From NCBI GenBank assembly GCA_963699255.1, contig OY969425.1:1350001-1382000 (forward strand): a DNA stretch of 32,000 nt, written 5' to 3'. Every line of letters starts with the position of its first letter. Positions within the stretch are counted from its first letter, which is position 1. Below, piece by piece: positions 1 through 9,492 of the stretch. A program made the translations under genes and the position numbers. The notes beneath the pieces are model-generated. The model saw only the letters and a program-made list of their open reading frames with translations, was not told where the DNA came from and made no database searches. The DNA is from an uncultured bacterium. GTDB lineage: Bacteria; Margulisbacteria; WOR-1; CAVSGV01.

Positions 1-934
1 CCATCCTGCCAGCCAGGATATTTGGCATGCTGTAATGATCGAGCTTAATTCCCAAAAGGTATCTGCCTATATAATATGTAACCGGGGAGAGCTTATAGAA
101 CATGATAACCGGCGTGTTGAGACAGACACATTCCAATATGATCGTTCCTGACTTGGCTATGACGAGGTCTGAATTGGCCAGGACATCATGGTTGTAACCT
201 TCGATCACCTTGATGTTCAAGGATGTTTTTGCAAGCTTATCCTCGATCTCGTTCTTGAACTTAGAGTACGAGATCGGAAGGATGAACTGGGCTCCTTTTA
301 TCCTGCCGGCCACATCGAGAAGGATGGGAAGCAGGTTCTTTATTTCGTGATGCCTGCTGCCGGGACACAGAGCGATTATTTTTTCTTGAGGATCAAGACT
401 GAATTTCCGGCAGAGATCCTGCCTGCTCATATCCGATCTTACGATATCAAGCAGCGGGTGGCCGAAATAAACAGAGTTGCCCCCATTCGCCTTGAAAAGC
501 TCGTGCTCTTTCTTAAATATTGAAATGATCAGGTCGATTGTCCCCGCTACCCTGCGTATGCCTTTTTTCGTTCCCCAGAGCCACTCCTGCGGAGCGATGT
601 AATATATCGTTTTTATGCCATGTTTCTTTGCGAACGCCGCGAGCGGCATGTTAAAGCCCTGCGCATCCACCAGGATCAAAGCGTCCGGCTTTTCGCTGAT
701 TAGCATGTTCTTCATTGACTTGAGGGTGGATAGCTGGAAAGGGAGGTATTTAATGGCTTCAACAATGCCGATGGAACTTTTTTCGGTGATATCTATCCTT
801 ATGTCAACGCCTGCGGAGCGCATCTTCTCGCCGCCCATGCCGAACAGGTCGCAGCCTTTCAGCTCCCTGGCCAGGAAGCTCGCGAGGAGGTCCGCTGATA
901 CCTCAGCCGCGGACATCATTATCTTGGGTCGCAT
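1..934 (-). CDS. lpxB: Lipid-A-disaccharide synthase LpxB (3' end cut by window edge)
   Basis: Open minus-strand frame from ATG at 934-932: MRPKIMMSAAEVSADLLASFLARELKGCDLFGMGGEKMRSAGVD...TIYYIAPQEWLWGTKKG..., matching GT19/LpxB motifs; adjacent to fabZ-lpxA. Confidence 0.9.
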   Translation of the reverse strand, partial: MRPKIMMSAAEVSADLLASFLARELKGCDLFGMGGEKMRSAGVDIRIDITEKSSIGIVEAIKYLPFQLSTLKSMKNMLISEKPDALILVDAQGFNMPLAAFAKKHGIKTIYYIAPQEWLWGTKKGIRRVAGTIDLIISIFKKEHELFKANGGNSVYFGHPLLDIVRSDMSRQDLCRKFSLDPQEKIIALCPGSRHHEIKNLLPILLDVAGRIKGAQFILPISYSKFKNEIEDKLAKTSLNIKVIEGYNHDVLANSDLVIAKSGTIILECVCLNTPVIMFYKLSPVTYYIGRYLLGIKLDHYSMPNILAGRM

Positions 935-936
935 GT

Positions 937-2229
937 CTAGATCCCGATTTCGGGTATTTCCGGGAACAGCAGTTCTTTTTCTATCTCCGTCTCCTCAATG
1001 ATCGCCCCAGAGCCTTCCCGCTTCTTGCTTATCCCTCTTACGCTATCCGCCTCAAGGAAGTTTACCAGCTGTTCAACTTCATCAAGCATCTTTACTTTCT
1101 TTCTTATTTCATCAACAGCGTTCTTTATGTTCACCCTGGACATATAAAGCATCTTAAAGCATTTTTTTATTTCGGCCTGAGCTTCATCGGATATTCCGCG
1201 CCTCTGCATCCCTATCAGATTCAGGCCCCTCACATATCCCGGGTTCCCGTCGAAAAGCATGAAAGGCGGAATGTCCTGGACCACCTTTGAAGAAGACCCT
1301 ATCATCGCGAGGCGGCCTAATCTCGTCCCCTGATGAATTCCCACGAGTCCCCCTATGACCACCTGGTCTTCAACGACGGTATGTCCGCCGAGTCCCACAT
1401 ATCCGCCTATTATCGCCTGGTTCCCGACCCTGCAGTTGTGCGGAATGTGGGCGTAAACCATTATGAAGTTCTCGTTCCCTATTACAGTTTGCTTGCCTTC
1501 GCCTGAAGGCAGGTGTATCGTAACAAATTCCCTTATAATGTTCTTGTTGCCGATGATGATCTCGTTCCTTTCGCCTTTATATTTGTAATCCTGGGGCGGA
1601 AGACCTATCGAAACATTATGATTGATGATATTGTCGGATCCGACGGTCGTCCATTTTCTGATTATTGTATGCGATCCTATCTTGGTATTATCGCCGATCT
1701 TCACGTCAGGCCCTATGACCACATAAGGCCCTATATCCACCTTTTTTCCGAACTGGACGGAAGGATGGACCGAAGCTGTAGGGTGGATCTTGGGTTCGTC
1801 ACTTAACCTGTCGTTCAATGAAAAGAGTATTTCACCTTCCGCTGCAATATCACCGTCAACTTTTGCTACGCATTTAAGCTTGCCTATCGTGCCTTTCATC
1901 TTCATCGCCTCTACCTCTATCCTGAGCTGGTCGCCGGGCACAACGGGTTTCCTGAAGCGCACCTGATCTATTCCCGCGAAATAGACAAGTTTCCCTTCGT
2001 TTTCCGGCATCTTTAATGCAATGACCGCCCCGACCTGCGCCATTGCTTCAAGTATCAGGACCCCGGGCATTATCGGAAGGCCCGGAAAATGCCCCTGAAA
2101 GAACGGTTCGTTAATCGTAACGTTCTTTATTCCTACGGCACGGCGCCCTTCTTCAAGTTCAATGATCTTGTCGACCAGAAGAAACGGAAATCTGTGCGGA
2201 AGCGTCCGCAAAATATCCCCAACGGCCAT
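937..2229 (-). CDS. Bifunctional FabZ (3-hydroxyacyl-ACP dehydratase) - LpxA (UDP-GlcNAc acyltransferase) fusion
   Basis: 430 aa. N-terminus [12 protein letters not shown]...[20 protein letters not shown] is FabZ; from about residue 145 [26 protein letters not shown]...[17 protein letters not shown] is LpxA left-handed beta-helix hexapeptide repeats. Confidence 0.93.
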   Translation of the reverse strand: MAVGDILRTLPHRFPFLLVDKIIELEEGRRAVGIKNVTINEPFFQGHFPGLPIMPGVLILEAMAQVGAVIALKMPENEGKLVYFAGIDQVRFRKPVVPGDQLRIEVEAMKMKGTIGKLKCVAKVDGDIAAEGEILFSLNDRLSDEPKIHPTASVHPSVQFGKKVDIGPYVVIGPDVKIGDNTKIGSHTIIRKWTTVGSDNIINHNVSIGLPPQDYKYKGERNEIIIGNKNIIREFVTIHLPSGEGKQTVIGNENFIMVYAHIPHNCRVGNQAIIGGYVGLGGHTVVEDQVVIGGLVGIHQGTRLGRLAMIGSSSKVVQDIPPFMLFDGNPGYVRGLNLIGMQRRGISDEAQAEIKKCFKMLYMSRVNIKNAVDEIRKKVKMLDEVEQLVNFLEADSVRGISKKREGSGAIIEETEIEKELLFPEIPEIGI

Positions 2230-2290
2230 TTGTCCTTTTTTCCCACCTAGTATATTAATAATGCCAACCAGCCTCCTTTTGCTTTGGGCC

Positions 2291-3127
2291 CTATCGAAGC
2301 GCCAATTTTTTTACAAGTTTGATGTTCAGATCATGGCCTGATTTTATGCCTATGATGTGTCCCTTTATCCGTGTCCCTAAAAGCGACAGGTCTCCGATCA
2401 GGTCCAGTATCTTATGCCTGACGAGTTCATCCCTGAACCTCAGCTTCGTCAGGTAGCCGTCTTTGCCGATGGCAACGGCATTTTCAGGGTCTGCGCCCAA
2501 TGCAAGCCCGCGTCGATTAAGGGTTTTGATCTCATCCATGAACCCGTAGGTCCTTGCCGGAGCGATCTCGTTCACATAGTCCCTGCCGCTAAACTCGAAT
2601 TTGTAAAACTGCGTTCCTATAAAATCCATCGGGTAGTTTATCATAAAACTGACCTCAAATCTATCCGAAGGAACGGCGATAAGGCATTTCCCCTCCTCGG
2701 CGGCAAAAACGGGTTCTTTCACTTCAATGCATCCCGTCTGGTATCCCTGGGCGGCAATGCCAGCCTCTATTATCAGGTCGCAATATGGCTTTGAGCTTCC
2801 GTCAAGTGAGGGAGGCTCCGAACCGTTCAGTTCAATTTCCAGGTTTGTCACTGAAAGCGCATACAGCGCTGAAAGGATATGTTCAACAGTATTGATCCCG
2901 CCCCTGTCCGCCGAAGCTTTAGCAAAGGCGGAGAGGTTCGTGCCTCTGACGGTGCTTGAAACGTTCCTTATGTCCGCCTTGATCATGGGGCGTCCCGCCA
3001 GATCGCTTCTCACAAAGTTTATGCCCGAATCAGCGCCGGCTGGCTTGAACTTTACCTGGACAGCCTTGCCGGTATGCAATCCTATGCCGGAGATCGATGT
3101 CTCTTTTTTAATTGTATGCTGTAACAT
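2291..3127 (-). CDS. lpxC: UDP-3-O-acyl-N-acetylglucosamine deacetylase LpxC
   Basis: [61 protein letters not shown] motifs. Confidence 0.95.
   Translation of the reverse strand: MLQHTIKKETSISGIGLHTGKAVQVKFKPAGADSGINFVRSDLAGRPMIKADIRNVSSTVRGTNLSAFAKASADRGGINTVEHILSALYALSVTNLEIELNGSEPPSLDGSSKPYCDLIIEAGIAAQGYQTGCIEVKEPVFAAEEGKCLIAVPSDRFEVSFMINYPMDFIGTQFYKFEFSGRDYVNEIAPARTYGFMDEIKTLNRRGLALGADPENAVAIGKDGYLTKLRFRDELVRHKILDLIGDLSLLGTRIKGHIIGIKSGHDLNIKLVKKLALR
2907..2932. repeat. Short palindromic element inside lpxC, encoding an apparent extra peptide [10 protein letters not shown]
   Basis: TCCGCC GAA GCT TT AGC AAA GGCGGA: 6-bp perfect arms plus 3-bp inner arms; sits between RGTNL and [10 protein letters not shown] of LpxC where homologs normally have a short loop. 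Confidence 0.5.
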
Positions 3128-3243
3128 AAATATAAATTAATAATTAACAATGACACAATTAACAACAATGTTGAATAATATATTCAAATAGATCGCGAAG
3201 CGATACCTTGCTGTTAATTGTTAATTGAGAAATTGTTAATTGC

Positions 3244-3984
3244 CTACAAAGGATTTATCCAGGAAAAACCGATCAAAAATGTTTTAGGGTCTTTGTCGTT
3301 CGCCTTGTCCTCGGGCTTCCTGTTATCATCGGCAAGGATGTTGATCCCGGTAAGGTTTATGGCCACCGAATCTGAAACATACCACCTGAAGCCGGTGTTC
3401 AGCTCATACAAAGATTCCCCGGCTAACATGTCCGTAAGAAAATAAAACCTTTCCGAAAAGAACGGCACGTCGAACCCGAGTGCGCCAAGCGGTCTGAACC
3501 TGCTATTGGTCAGTCCCGGAAAATCCCCCAGAAATCCGAAGTGCAGCCGAGAGCTGTTCTGGAAATATTTCGTCGCCATCATGTAAACATCACAGCGATT
3601 AAAGGATGACAGGTTCTCCACTCCTATCGCGAGAAGCAGCGGATATGGGGACGTGTCCGTTGCAAGGCTGTACTTCATGTTTATGAACACACCTTCCTGC
3701 ATCGCGCCCATCCTGTTGTCCATTCCAACGCATCCCAGCTCCATTCCCTGGAATATCCCCAGGCTGAAATTATAAAGCAGGGAGAACTTATCGTTGGAAA
3801 TGTTGCTGCCAATATTAAGACCGAAATCTACGTTCTTATAAGGTATTACATCCGCTGATGGTAACCTTACTACACCGGTGCTTCCGATGATGTTTGGTGT
3901 CGGCTGGGGAACAAATGCAAAGGCATGGGGACTCAAAATAAAAACAGCAATACTGAAAATTAAAATCTTTTTTATGTGAGTCAC
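3244..3984 (-). CDS. Putative outer-membrane beta-barrel protein (YjbH/porin-like), secreted
   Basis: Signal peptide MTHIKKILIFSIAVFILSPHAFAF followed by amphipathic strands (GSTGVVRLPSADVIPYKNVDFGLNIGSN..., LHFGFLGDF..., FRWYVSDSVAINLTG). Confidence 0.5.
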   Translation of the reverse strand: MTHIKKILIFSIAVFILSPHAFAFVPQPTPNIIGSTGVVRLPSADVIPYKNVDFGLNIGSNISNDKFSLLYNFSLGIFQGMELGCVGMDNRMGAMQEGVFINMKYSLATDTSPYPLLLAIGVENLSSFNRCDVYMMATKYFQNSSRLHFGFLGDFPGLTNSRFRPLGALGFDVPFFSERFYFLTDMLAGESLYELNTGFRWYVSDSVAINLTGINILADDNRKPEDKANDKDPKTFLIGFSWINPL

Positions 3985-3992
3985 AAAGCGGA

Positions 3993-5111
3993 TTATATCA
4001 CACTTTTATAAATCAATTCAATTTTACCGGCGAATGCCTCTTTTGAATAAGCGGACCTTGCGACATCTTTTGAGGCTTTGGACATTGACAGCCAGATATC
4101 ATGATCATCCAGCAGCTTTAAGACCCTGGTCGAGAAAGCTTCGATCGAAAGCGGCGTCAAGTACCCTGTGATCCCGTCCCTTACAACATCGGAAACCCCC
4201 TCGGCATCCACCGCGACCTGAGGGATTCCGGAAGCCATGGCCTCCGCAAGAACAAGGCCCTGGGTCTCAGAAAGCGACGAAAAAACAAAAACATCGCTTG
4301 CGGCGTAGTAAGCAAGCACCTCGGGATAATGTATCTCCCCCGCAAAAACCACGTTTTTCGGGGATATTTTCTTAAGTTCATTCTCCATGGGCCCGCGCGC
4401 AGCCAGAAGAAGATACACGTCGCCGCGCCTGGACAGGATAGATTCGAACGCTCTAAATAAGAACGTGATGTTCTTTTCCCTCGCCAGCCTTCCCACGAAT
4501 AAAAGCAGTTTCGCCCCGCCTGGGATCCCGTGCTTCTGTCTTATTCCCGACGGGTCGGCGGCATCGGGCAAAGAAAGGTCGATCCCGGTCGGAACGACTT
4601 CCATCCTCGCCTTCACGCCTATCGAGGAAAGCTGCCGCTTGATTTTTTCGGTCGGCACCACCACGCAGTCGCACCTGTTGCAAAACCATTTAATGTACCT
4701 GGAGGAAAAAAAGTCCAGCAATTGGTCCGGGATTATCGGGACATAATGCATATATTTTCCCAGAATGGTATGCATCGTGAACACGAACGGCACTTTTAGC
4801 TTTCTTGCGTAGGACATTGAAAGGAGCCCGAGCTGGTACGGCGAGTGGGAGTGGATGATGTTTATCCCCGCCTTTTTCAACTCACCATAGTATTTTCCCG
4901 GGAGGGGGATCGCCAGCCTATATCCGGGATACGGCGCAGGCAGAGAAGGGAACCTATATACTTCTGGCGTTCGCTGCGTTCCCGGATAATCCGGTGAGAA
5001 TACCATGACCTTATGGCCGAGACCTTCAAGGCCCTTCTTCAATGTTTCTATGGAATTAGTGACCCCGCTAATGTACGGCTTGTAGGACTCGGAGAAAAAA
5101 GCGATGTTCAT
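3993..5111 (-). CDS. GT4-family glycosyltransferase
   Basis: MNIAFFSESYKPYISGVTNSIETLKKGLEGLGHKVMVFSPDY; FVFSSLSETQGLVLAEAMASGIPQVAVDAEGVSDVV motif. Confidence 0.93.
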   Translation of the reverse strand: MNIAFFSESYKPYISGVTNSIETLKKGLEGLGHKVMVFSPDYPGTQRTPEVYRFPSLPAPYPGYRLAIPLPGKYYGELKKAGINIIHSHSPYQLGLLSMSYARKLKVPFVFTMHTILGKYMHYVPIIPDQLLDFFSSRYIKWFCNRCDCVVVPTEKIKRQLSSIGVKARMEVVPTGIDLSLPDAADPSGIRQKHGIPGGAKLLLFVGRLAREKNITFLFRAFESILSRRGDVYLLLAARGPMENELKKISPKNVVFAGEIHYPEVLAYYAASDVFVFSSLSETQGLVLAEAMASGIPQVAVDAEGVSDVVRDGITGYLTPLSIEAFSTRVLKLLDDHDIWLSMSKASKDVARSAYSKEAFAGKIELIYKSVI

Positions 5112-5121
5112 TAAAATATTC

Positions 5122-5172
5122 GGAACCTGAGACTAAACCCCAACCAACGTGTTGGGGTAAAGTCTCGGTTCC
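5122..5172. terminator. Strong 19-bp-stem hairpin between lpxD and the GT4 gene (terminator/attenuator candidate)
   Basis: GGAACC(t)GAGACT aaa CCCCAAC caacgt GTTGGGG taa AGTCTC GGTTCC; T-rich sequence on both flanks. Confidence 0.55.
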
Positions 5173-5191
5173 TTACTTTATTATATTTTAA

Positions 5192-5209
5192 CCGCGAATT
5201 TATTCGCGG
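5192..5209. terminator. Second short hairpin CCGCGAAT-TT-ATTCGCGG downstream of lpxD
   Basis: Perfect 8-bp stem, 2-nt loop, followed on the minus strand by TTAAAATATAATAAAG just 3' of the lpxD stop. Confidence 0.45.
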
Positions 5210-5223
5210 GATATTCAGCTTCA

Positions 5224-6237
5224 TTACTTTTCCAGTTGTTTCTCGATCTCTGAAATCTTTTCGATTATTTTTGGAAGCCTTCTCAGGGCTGCCTGCTGTT
5301 CAAGCTCTTTTCTGTTGTCCTGCGCCGGGAACCCGGACACGACGGAATTCGCGGGTATATCCTTCGTTACCCCTGATCTCGCCATTACCACCGTATTCTC
5401 ACCAATGCTGACATGATCGGAAACCCCGACCGTTCCGCCAATAGAAACATGGTTTCCCAGCTCAGAGCTTCCGGCAATCGCCACAAGGGCCGTGATTGCA
5501 CAATCCTCCCCGATCTTGCAGTTATGTGCAATGTGGGTCAGGTTATCGATCTTGGTCCCTCTCTTTATTATCGTCGAGCCCATAGTGGCTCTGGCGATGC
5601 AGGAATTCGCGAATATCTCGACATCATCTTCAATGATCACGTTCCCGATCTGCGGTATTTTTTTATATTTACCATCAACAGGTACGAACCCGAACCCGTC
5701 AACCCCAATGACCACTCCTGCATGTAAAACGCACCTATCGCCGATAACCGTCCTGTCATATAAAGTAACATTTGGATATAGCAATGCGTCGCGGCCGATA
5801 CTGCAGCCTTCACCAATAAAACATCCGGGATAGATCGTGACGTTATCACCGATTGTTACATTATCCTGGATGACAACTCCGGCCATTATTGAACAATTCG
5901 AACCTATTTTGGCGCTTTTTGAGACCAGCGCGGACCCGTGAATGCCCGGCTGCGGCGCTTTCCTTTTTTCGAACAATCCAAGGAGTTTTGCCATTGCAAG
6001 CCGCAGGTCATGAACCTTTACGTACGGCTTTGAAGGGAATCGATTTAAGCTGTAAGGCACGATCGCAGCAGAGGCTTTAGATCTGTCGAAGACATCTATG
6101 GCTTTATCATCAACAGCAAAAGTAAGGTCACCGGCTCGCGCAGCTTCCAGATTTGCCGAATTTTTTATGACAATTGCCGGGTCGCCGCTCAGTTCGCCGG
6201 AGACAAGCGAGGCAATTTCTTTTAGAGTTCTATTCAT
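5224..6237 (-). CDS. lpxD: UDP-3-O-(3-hydroxyacyl)glucosamine N-acyltransferase LpxD
   Basis: Hexapeptide repeats, NLEAARAGDLTFAVDDK..., GVDGFGFVP, NIDNLTHIAHNCKIGEDCAI motif. Confidence 0.95.
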   Translation of the reverse strand: MNRTLKEIASLVSGELSGDPAIVIKNSANLEAARAGDLTFAVDDKAIDVFDRSKASAAIVPYSLNRFPSKPYVKVHDLRLAMAKLLGLFEKRKAPQPGIHGSALVSKSAKIGSNCSIMAGVVIQDNVTIGDNVTIYPGCFIGEGCSIGRDALLYPNVTLYDRTVIGDRCVLHAGVVIGVDGFGFVPVDGKYKKIPQIGNVIIEDDVEIFANSCIARATMGSTIIKRGTKIDNLTHIAHNCKIGEDCAITALVAIAGSSELGNHVSIGGTVGVSDHVSIGENTVVMARSGVTKDIPANSVVSGFPAQDNRKELEQQAALRRLPKIIEKISEIEKQLEK

Positions 6238-6253
6238 TAAGGATGCCCGGGAA

Positions 6254-6724
6254 CTATTCTTTTTCGTTCAGTTTGTTTGTGACCATTTCTGTCAGGTCAA
6301 CGCCGCCGGTTATGACGACCTGCTTATCGAACACAATATCGATACCAACTTTCTTCGCGACATCTTGTGTGGCGGCAAGGATCTTGGATTGAAGCTCTGT
6401 TGTCAGCTTTTCATTCAAAGCTATCAAAGACTGCCTCTTTGGAAGCAGTTTATCTTCCAGGTCCTTTCTCAGCTTTTCAAGCTCATCCTTTTTCATGTTG
6501 TTTTTTTCAGCGTCAGAAAGCTGTTTCTGTGAGTCATCAAATTCCTTCTTGAATTCCTCTTCTTCCTTTGACACCTGTTCCTGGGCCTTAGATGTAGCCT
6601 TGTATTCCTTGAATACTTTCTGTACGTCTATGTAGCCAAGGCTTGTGGCCGCCTGCGCGAAGGTGCTCCCGAAAACGAATACCAGAACCGAAACTATTGC
6701 CAATAAACAGACCGTTTTCTTCAT
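6254..6724 (-). CDS. OmpH/Skp family periplasmic chaperone
   Basis: Signal peptide plus LGYIDVQKVFKEYKATSKAQEQVSKEEEEFKKEFDDSQKQLSDAEK coiled coil; next to lpxD as usual. Confidence 0.88.
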   Translation of the reverse strand: MKKTVCLLAIVSVLVFVFGSTFAQAATSLGYIDVQKVFKEYKATSKAQEQVSKEEEEFKKEFDDSQKQLSDAEKNNMKKDELEKLRKDLEDKLLPKRQSLIALNEKLTTELQSKILAATQDVAKKVGIDIVFDKQVVITGGVDLTEMVTNKLNEKE

Positions 6725-6753
6725 GTTTCTTCCTCCTTTTTAACTAACCGTGC

Positions 6754-6783
6754 ATTATATACCATGGGTATCGATTTTTGCAA
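6754..6783 (-). promoter_or_regulatory. Putative sigma-70-type promoter for ompH-lpxD-...
   Basis: Minus strand TTGCAA-N18-TATAAT (-35 at 6778-6783, -10 at 6754-6759) upstream of ompH, overlapping the mnmG 3' end. Confidence 0.5.
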
Positions 6784-8701
6784 CTGTCTTTTGCCCCGCC
6801 TTCAGGTGTATCAAAAGGACGGAAACATCCGCCGGATTGACCCCCGCTATGCGGGATGCCTGCCCGATCGAGGCCGGCCTTACCTTATCAAGCTTGTGCT
6901 GTGATTCCCTGGACAGGCCGCTGAGCGATTGATAATTAATGTCCGCGGGTAGTAGCATATCTTCCATGCCCTTGAATTTCTCAACCTGATCGATCTGTCT
7001 CTTGATGTAGCCTTCGTACTTCAGGAATGTTTCAACTTGCTTTGATACGCTTTCGGGAACATGGGTATCTTCCCCCAGCGCCGACATAAGGTTCAAATAG
7101 CTTGCCTGCGGGAATTTCATGATGTCGGCCAGAGAATAAACATTGTTCAGGTTCACGCCAAGAGCCTTAAGTTTTATGTTGTTCTCGTTCGACGGCCTTA
7201 TTTTTTTAGACCTGAATTCGCTTATCTTTTCGTCGATCATCTTTTTCTTTTTTTCAAATAGCGAATATCTTTTGTCCGATATCAACCCGACCCTGCGGCC
7301 TTTCTCCGTCAGTCTAAGGTCGGCATTATCCTGCCTCAGCAGCAATCTGTATTCAGACCGGGATGTCATCATCCTGTACGGTTCTTCAATCTCCTTTGTT
7401 ATCAGATCATCGATCAGCGTCCCGATATATGAATCGTCCCGCCTTAGCAGCAGCGGCTCGCGCCGTTTTACTTTCATCGCAGCGTTGATCCCGGCCACTA
7501 TCCCCTGGGCAGCCGCTTCTTCATAACCTGATGTCCCGTTGATCTGCCCGGCCAGGAACAAACCGGGGATCTCTTTTGTCTCCAAGGTTCTCTTGAGTTG
7601 TGAGGGGAAAATGAAGTCGTACTCTATCGCATAACCGGGCCTGATGATCTCCACCTTTTCAAGTCCTGCCATGGTACGGAGCATTTCCCTCTGCACGTCT
7701 TCGGGAAGTGAAGTGTTCATCCCCTGCGTATACATCTCAAGCGTTGTGCGCCCCTCCGGCTCAATGAAGACCTGGTGGCGCTCCTTGTCCTTGAACCTTA
7801 CGACTTTGTCTTCAATAGATGGGCAGTATCTCGGCCCGACACCCTTGATCTTTCCCTGATAAAGCGGTGACCTGTCAAGGTTTCCGAGGATCAGCTCATG
7901 GGTCTTCTTATTAGTATATGTAAGGTAACAAGGCACCTGGGGAAGCGCTGCCTGAGGGTTTTGTAGGGGCTCCATCCCAAGTTCCGCGTATTCCCAGGTA
8001 AAAGAAAATAGCTTTGGCGGTTCATCGCCGGGCTGAATCTGCATTTTGGAAAAATCGACAGTCCTTCTGTCCAGCCTGGGGGTAGTGCCGGTCTTTAGTC
8101 TGCCGACATTAAGGCCCATCTTCCTGAAGCTGTCCGTCAATCCCTTTGCCGGGAACTCCCCCGCCCTTCCGGCCTCCATGGTCTTAAGGCCGATGTGTAT
8201 CACGCCGTTCAAGAAAGTTCCCGTGCAAACAACCACGGCTTTAGGCCTGTAGGTAACATCAAGCCTTGTCCTCACGCCTTCGACCTGCCCGCTTGAACTG
8301 ATGAGGACTTCCTCGGCCATGTCCTGTTTAAGGTCGAGGTTTTCCTGCTCTTCCACGGTCTGTTTCATGGTTATGTTGTAAAGCTTTTTGTCTGACTGCG
8401 CCCTTAGTGATTGAACGGCAGGCCCTTTTGCCATATTCAGCATTTTCATCTGGAGATATGTCCTGTCGGTGCAGATGCCCATTTCTCCGCCCAGCGCGTC
8501 TATCTCCGAGACCAGCTGGCTCTTTGCGGGCCCGCCCACCGCCGGGTTACAGGACATGAGCGCAATGGTGTCGCAGTTCATCGTGAGAAGAAGTGTGGAA
8601 CAGCCTATCCTTGCCGAAGCAAGCGCTGCCTCGCAGCCGGCGTGTCCGGCACCGATAACTATGACGTCGTATTTTTTGGGATATTCCAGTGATCGGGGCA
8701 T
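6755..8701 (-). CDS. mnmG: tRNA uridine-5-carboxymethylaminomethyl(34) synthesis enzyme MnmG (GidA)
   Basis: [89 protein letters not shown]. Confidence 0.98.
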   Translation of the reverse strand: MPRSLEYPKKYDVIVIGAGHAGCEAALASARIGCSTLLLTMNCDTIALMSCNPAVGGPAKSQLVSEIDALGGEMGICTDRTYLQMKMLNMAKGPAVQSLRAQSDKKLYNITMKQTVEEQENLDLKQDMAEEVLISSSGQVEGVRTRLDVTYRPKAVVVCTGTFLNGVIHIGLKTMEAGRAGEFPAKGLTDSFRKMGLNVGRLKTGTTPRLDRRTVDFSKMQIQPGDEPPKLFSFTWEYAELGMEPLQNPQAALPQVPCYLTYTNKKTHELILGNLDRSPLYQGKIKGVGPRYCPSIEDKVVRFKDKERHQVFIEPEGRTTLEMYTQGMNTSLPEDVQREMLRTMAGLEKVEIIRPGYAIEYDFIFPSQLKRTLETKEIPGLFLAGQINGTSGYEEAAAQGIVAGINAAMKVKRREPLLLRRDDSYIGTLIDDLITKEIEEPYRMMTSRSEYRLLLRQDNADLRLTEKGRRVGLISDKRYSLFEKKKKMIDEKISEFRSKKIRPSNENNIKLKALGVNLNNVYSLADIMKFPQASYLNLMSALGEDTHVPESVSKQVETFLKYEGYIKRQIDQVEKFKGMEDMLLPADINYQSLSGLSRESQHKLDKVRPASIGQASRIAGVNPADVSVLLIHLKAGQKTVAKIDTHGI

Positions 8702-8808
8702 GGAAAAATATTAGCACAATGGTGAAATTTAAGCAAAGTTAAGCCGATAGATACTTGCGAGAAGAGTAAATTTAATGTAGCGATGGAAAACACAGAAAGG
8801 GTGAATTT

Positions 8809-9186
8809 ATGGCCGTTATTATAACTGGTAATATTTGTGAACTTCATACTAGAATGTTAAAAGATAAGCTTAGATTAAATAATGCTGTGGTTGGTCAAGT
8901 TAATTTTCTTCGTGGACTGGGATTCAAATTTACTCAAGGATTCCTGGGTCAGCTAAAGGTTTCAAGCCCGCTTCAAAAACTATTTGAGCGTGGTGACATT
9001 GTTAAGGCAGCTAGGACAGCCATCCAAATCGCCGGCCTTAACATCAGGGTCGACTTTTGCGCGCAAATTACGGAAGTCTTAAACAAGGATTTAAAAGTCC
9101 CTTTCGTAGTATTAGATAAAACCTTTGCTTTGAAAACTGAAATTGAGCTCAAGTCAGGCGATAATCCAAAAGAATTGGTAATATAG
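8809..9186 (+). CDS. Hypothetical protein (125 aa), unknown family
   Basis: Intact ORF with plausible RBS (AAAGGG) on the strand opposite to its neighbours; no overlapping minus-strand gene. Confidence 0.6.
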   Translation: MAVIITGNICELHTRMLKDKLRLNNAVVGQVNFLRGLGFKFTQGFLGQLKVSSPLQKLFERGDIVKAARTAIQIAGLNIRVDFCAQITEVLNKDLKVPFVVLDKTFALKTEIELKSGDNPKELVI

Positions 9187-9196
9187 AGGAAATAAT

Positions 9197-9466
9197 GTGG
9201 CAATGGAAAACATAGAACAGGTAGCCGATGTCGGCTCGCCAAGGGCTGTAAACGAGTCAAAGGTAAAACACACAAAGAAGATCCGTCACGATTCAAAAAT
9301 GTGCGTTTTCTTTAAGGATATGGAATGCCGGATCCCTGTTTGTGACCTAAAAGCCTGCGAAAAATGCAACGAAGGATATGTTTACTGCACCAGGGTGAAC
9401 TTTATCAAAAATATGCTCCAAAAGATCTTTCTGTTTCTGCTGATGTTCATCATTTTTACTGATTGA
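9197..9466 (+). CDS. Small Cys-rich protein with C-terminal hydrophobic segment
   Basis: GTG/ATG start after GAGGA; CVFFKDMECRIPVCDLKACEKCNEGYVYC then hydrophobic LFLLMFIIF tail; 10 bp after the preceding ORF. Confidence 0.55.
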   Translation: MAMENIEQVADVGSPRAVNESKVKHTKKIRHDSKMCVFFKDMECRIPVCDLKACEKCNEGYVYCTRVNFIKNMLQKIFLFLLMFIIFTD

Positions 9467-9492
9467 TCCGACGTCTGCGGCAAAACCCTTCC

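Noticed and set aside
188-1001. Plus-strand ORFs 188-523 and 615-1001
   Set aside because: Antisense to lpxB and the end of fabZ-lpxA; no independent RBS or recognisable domain.
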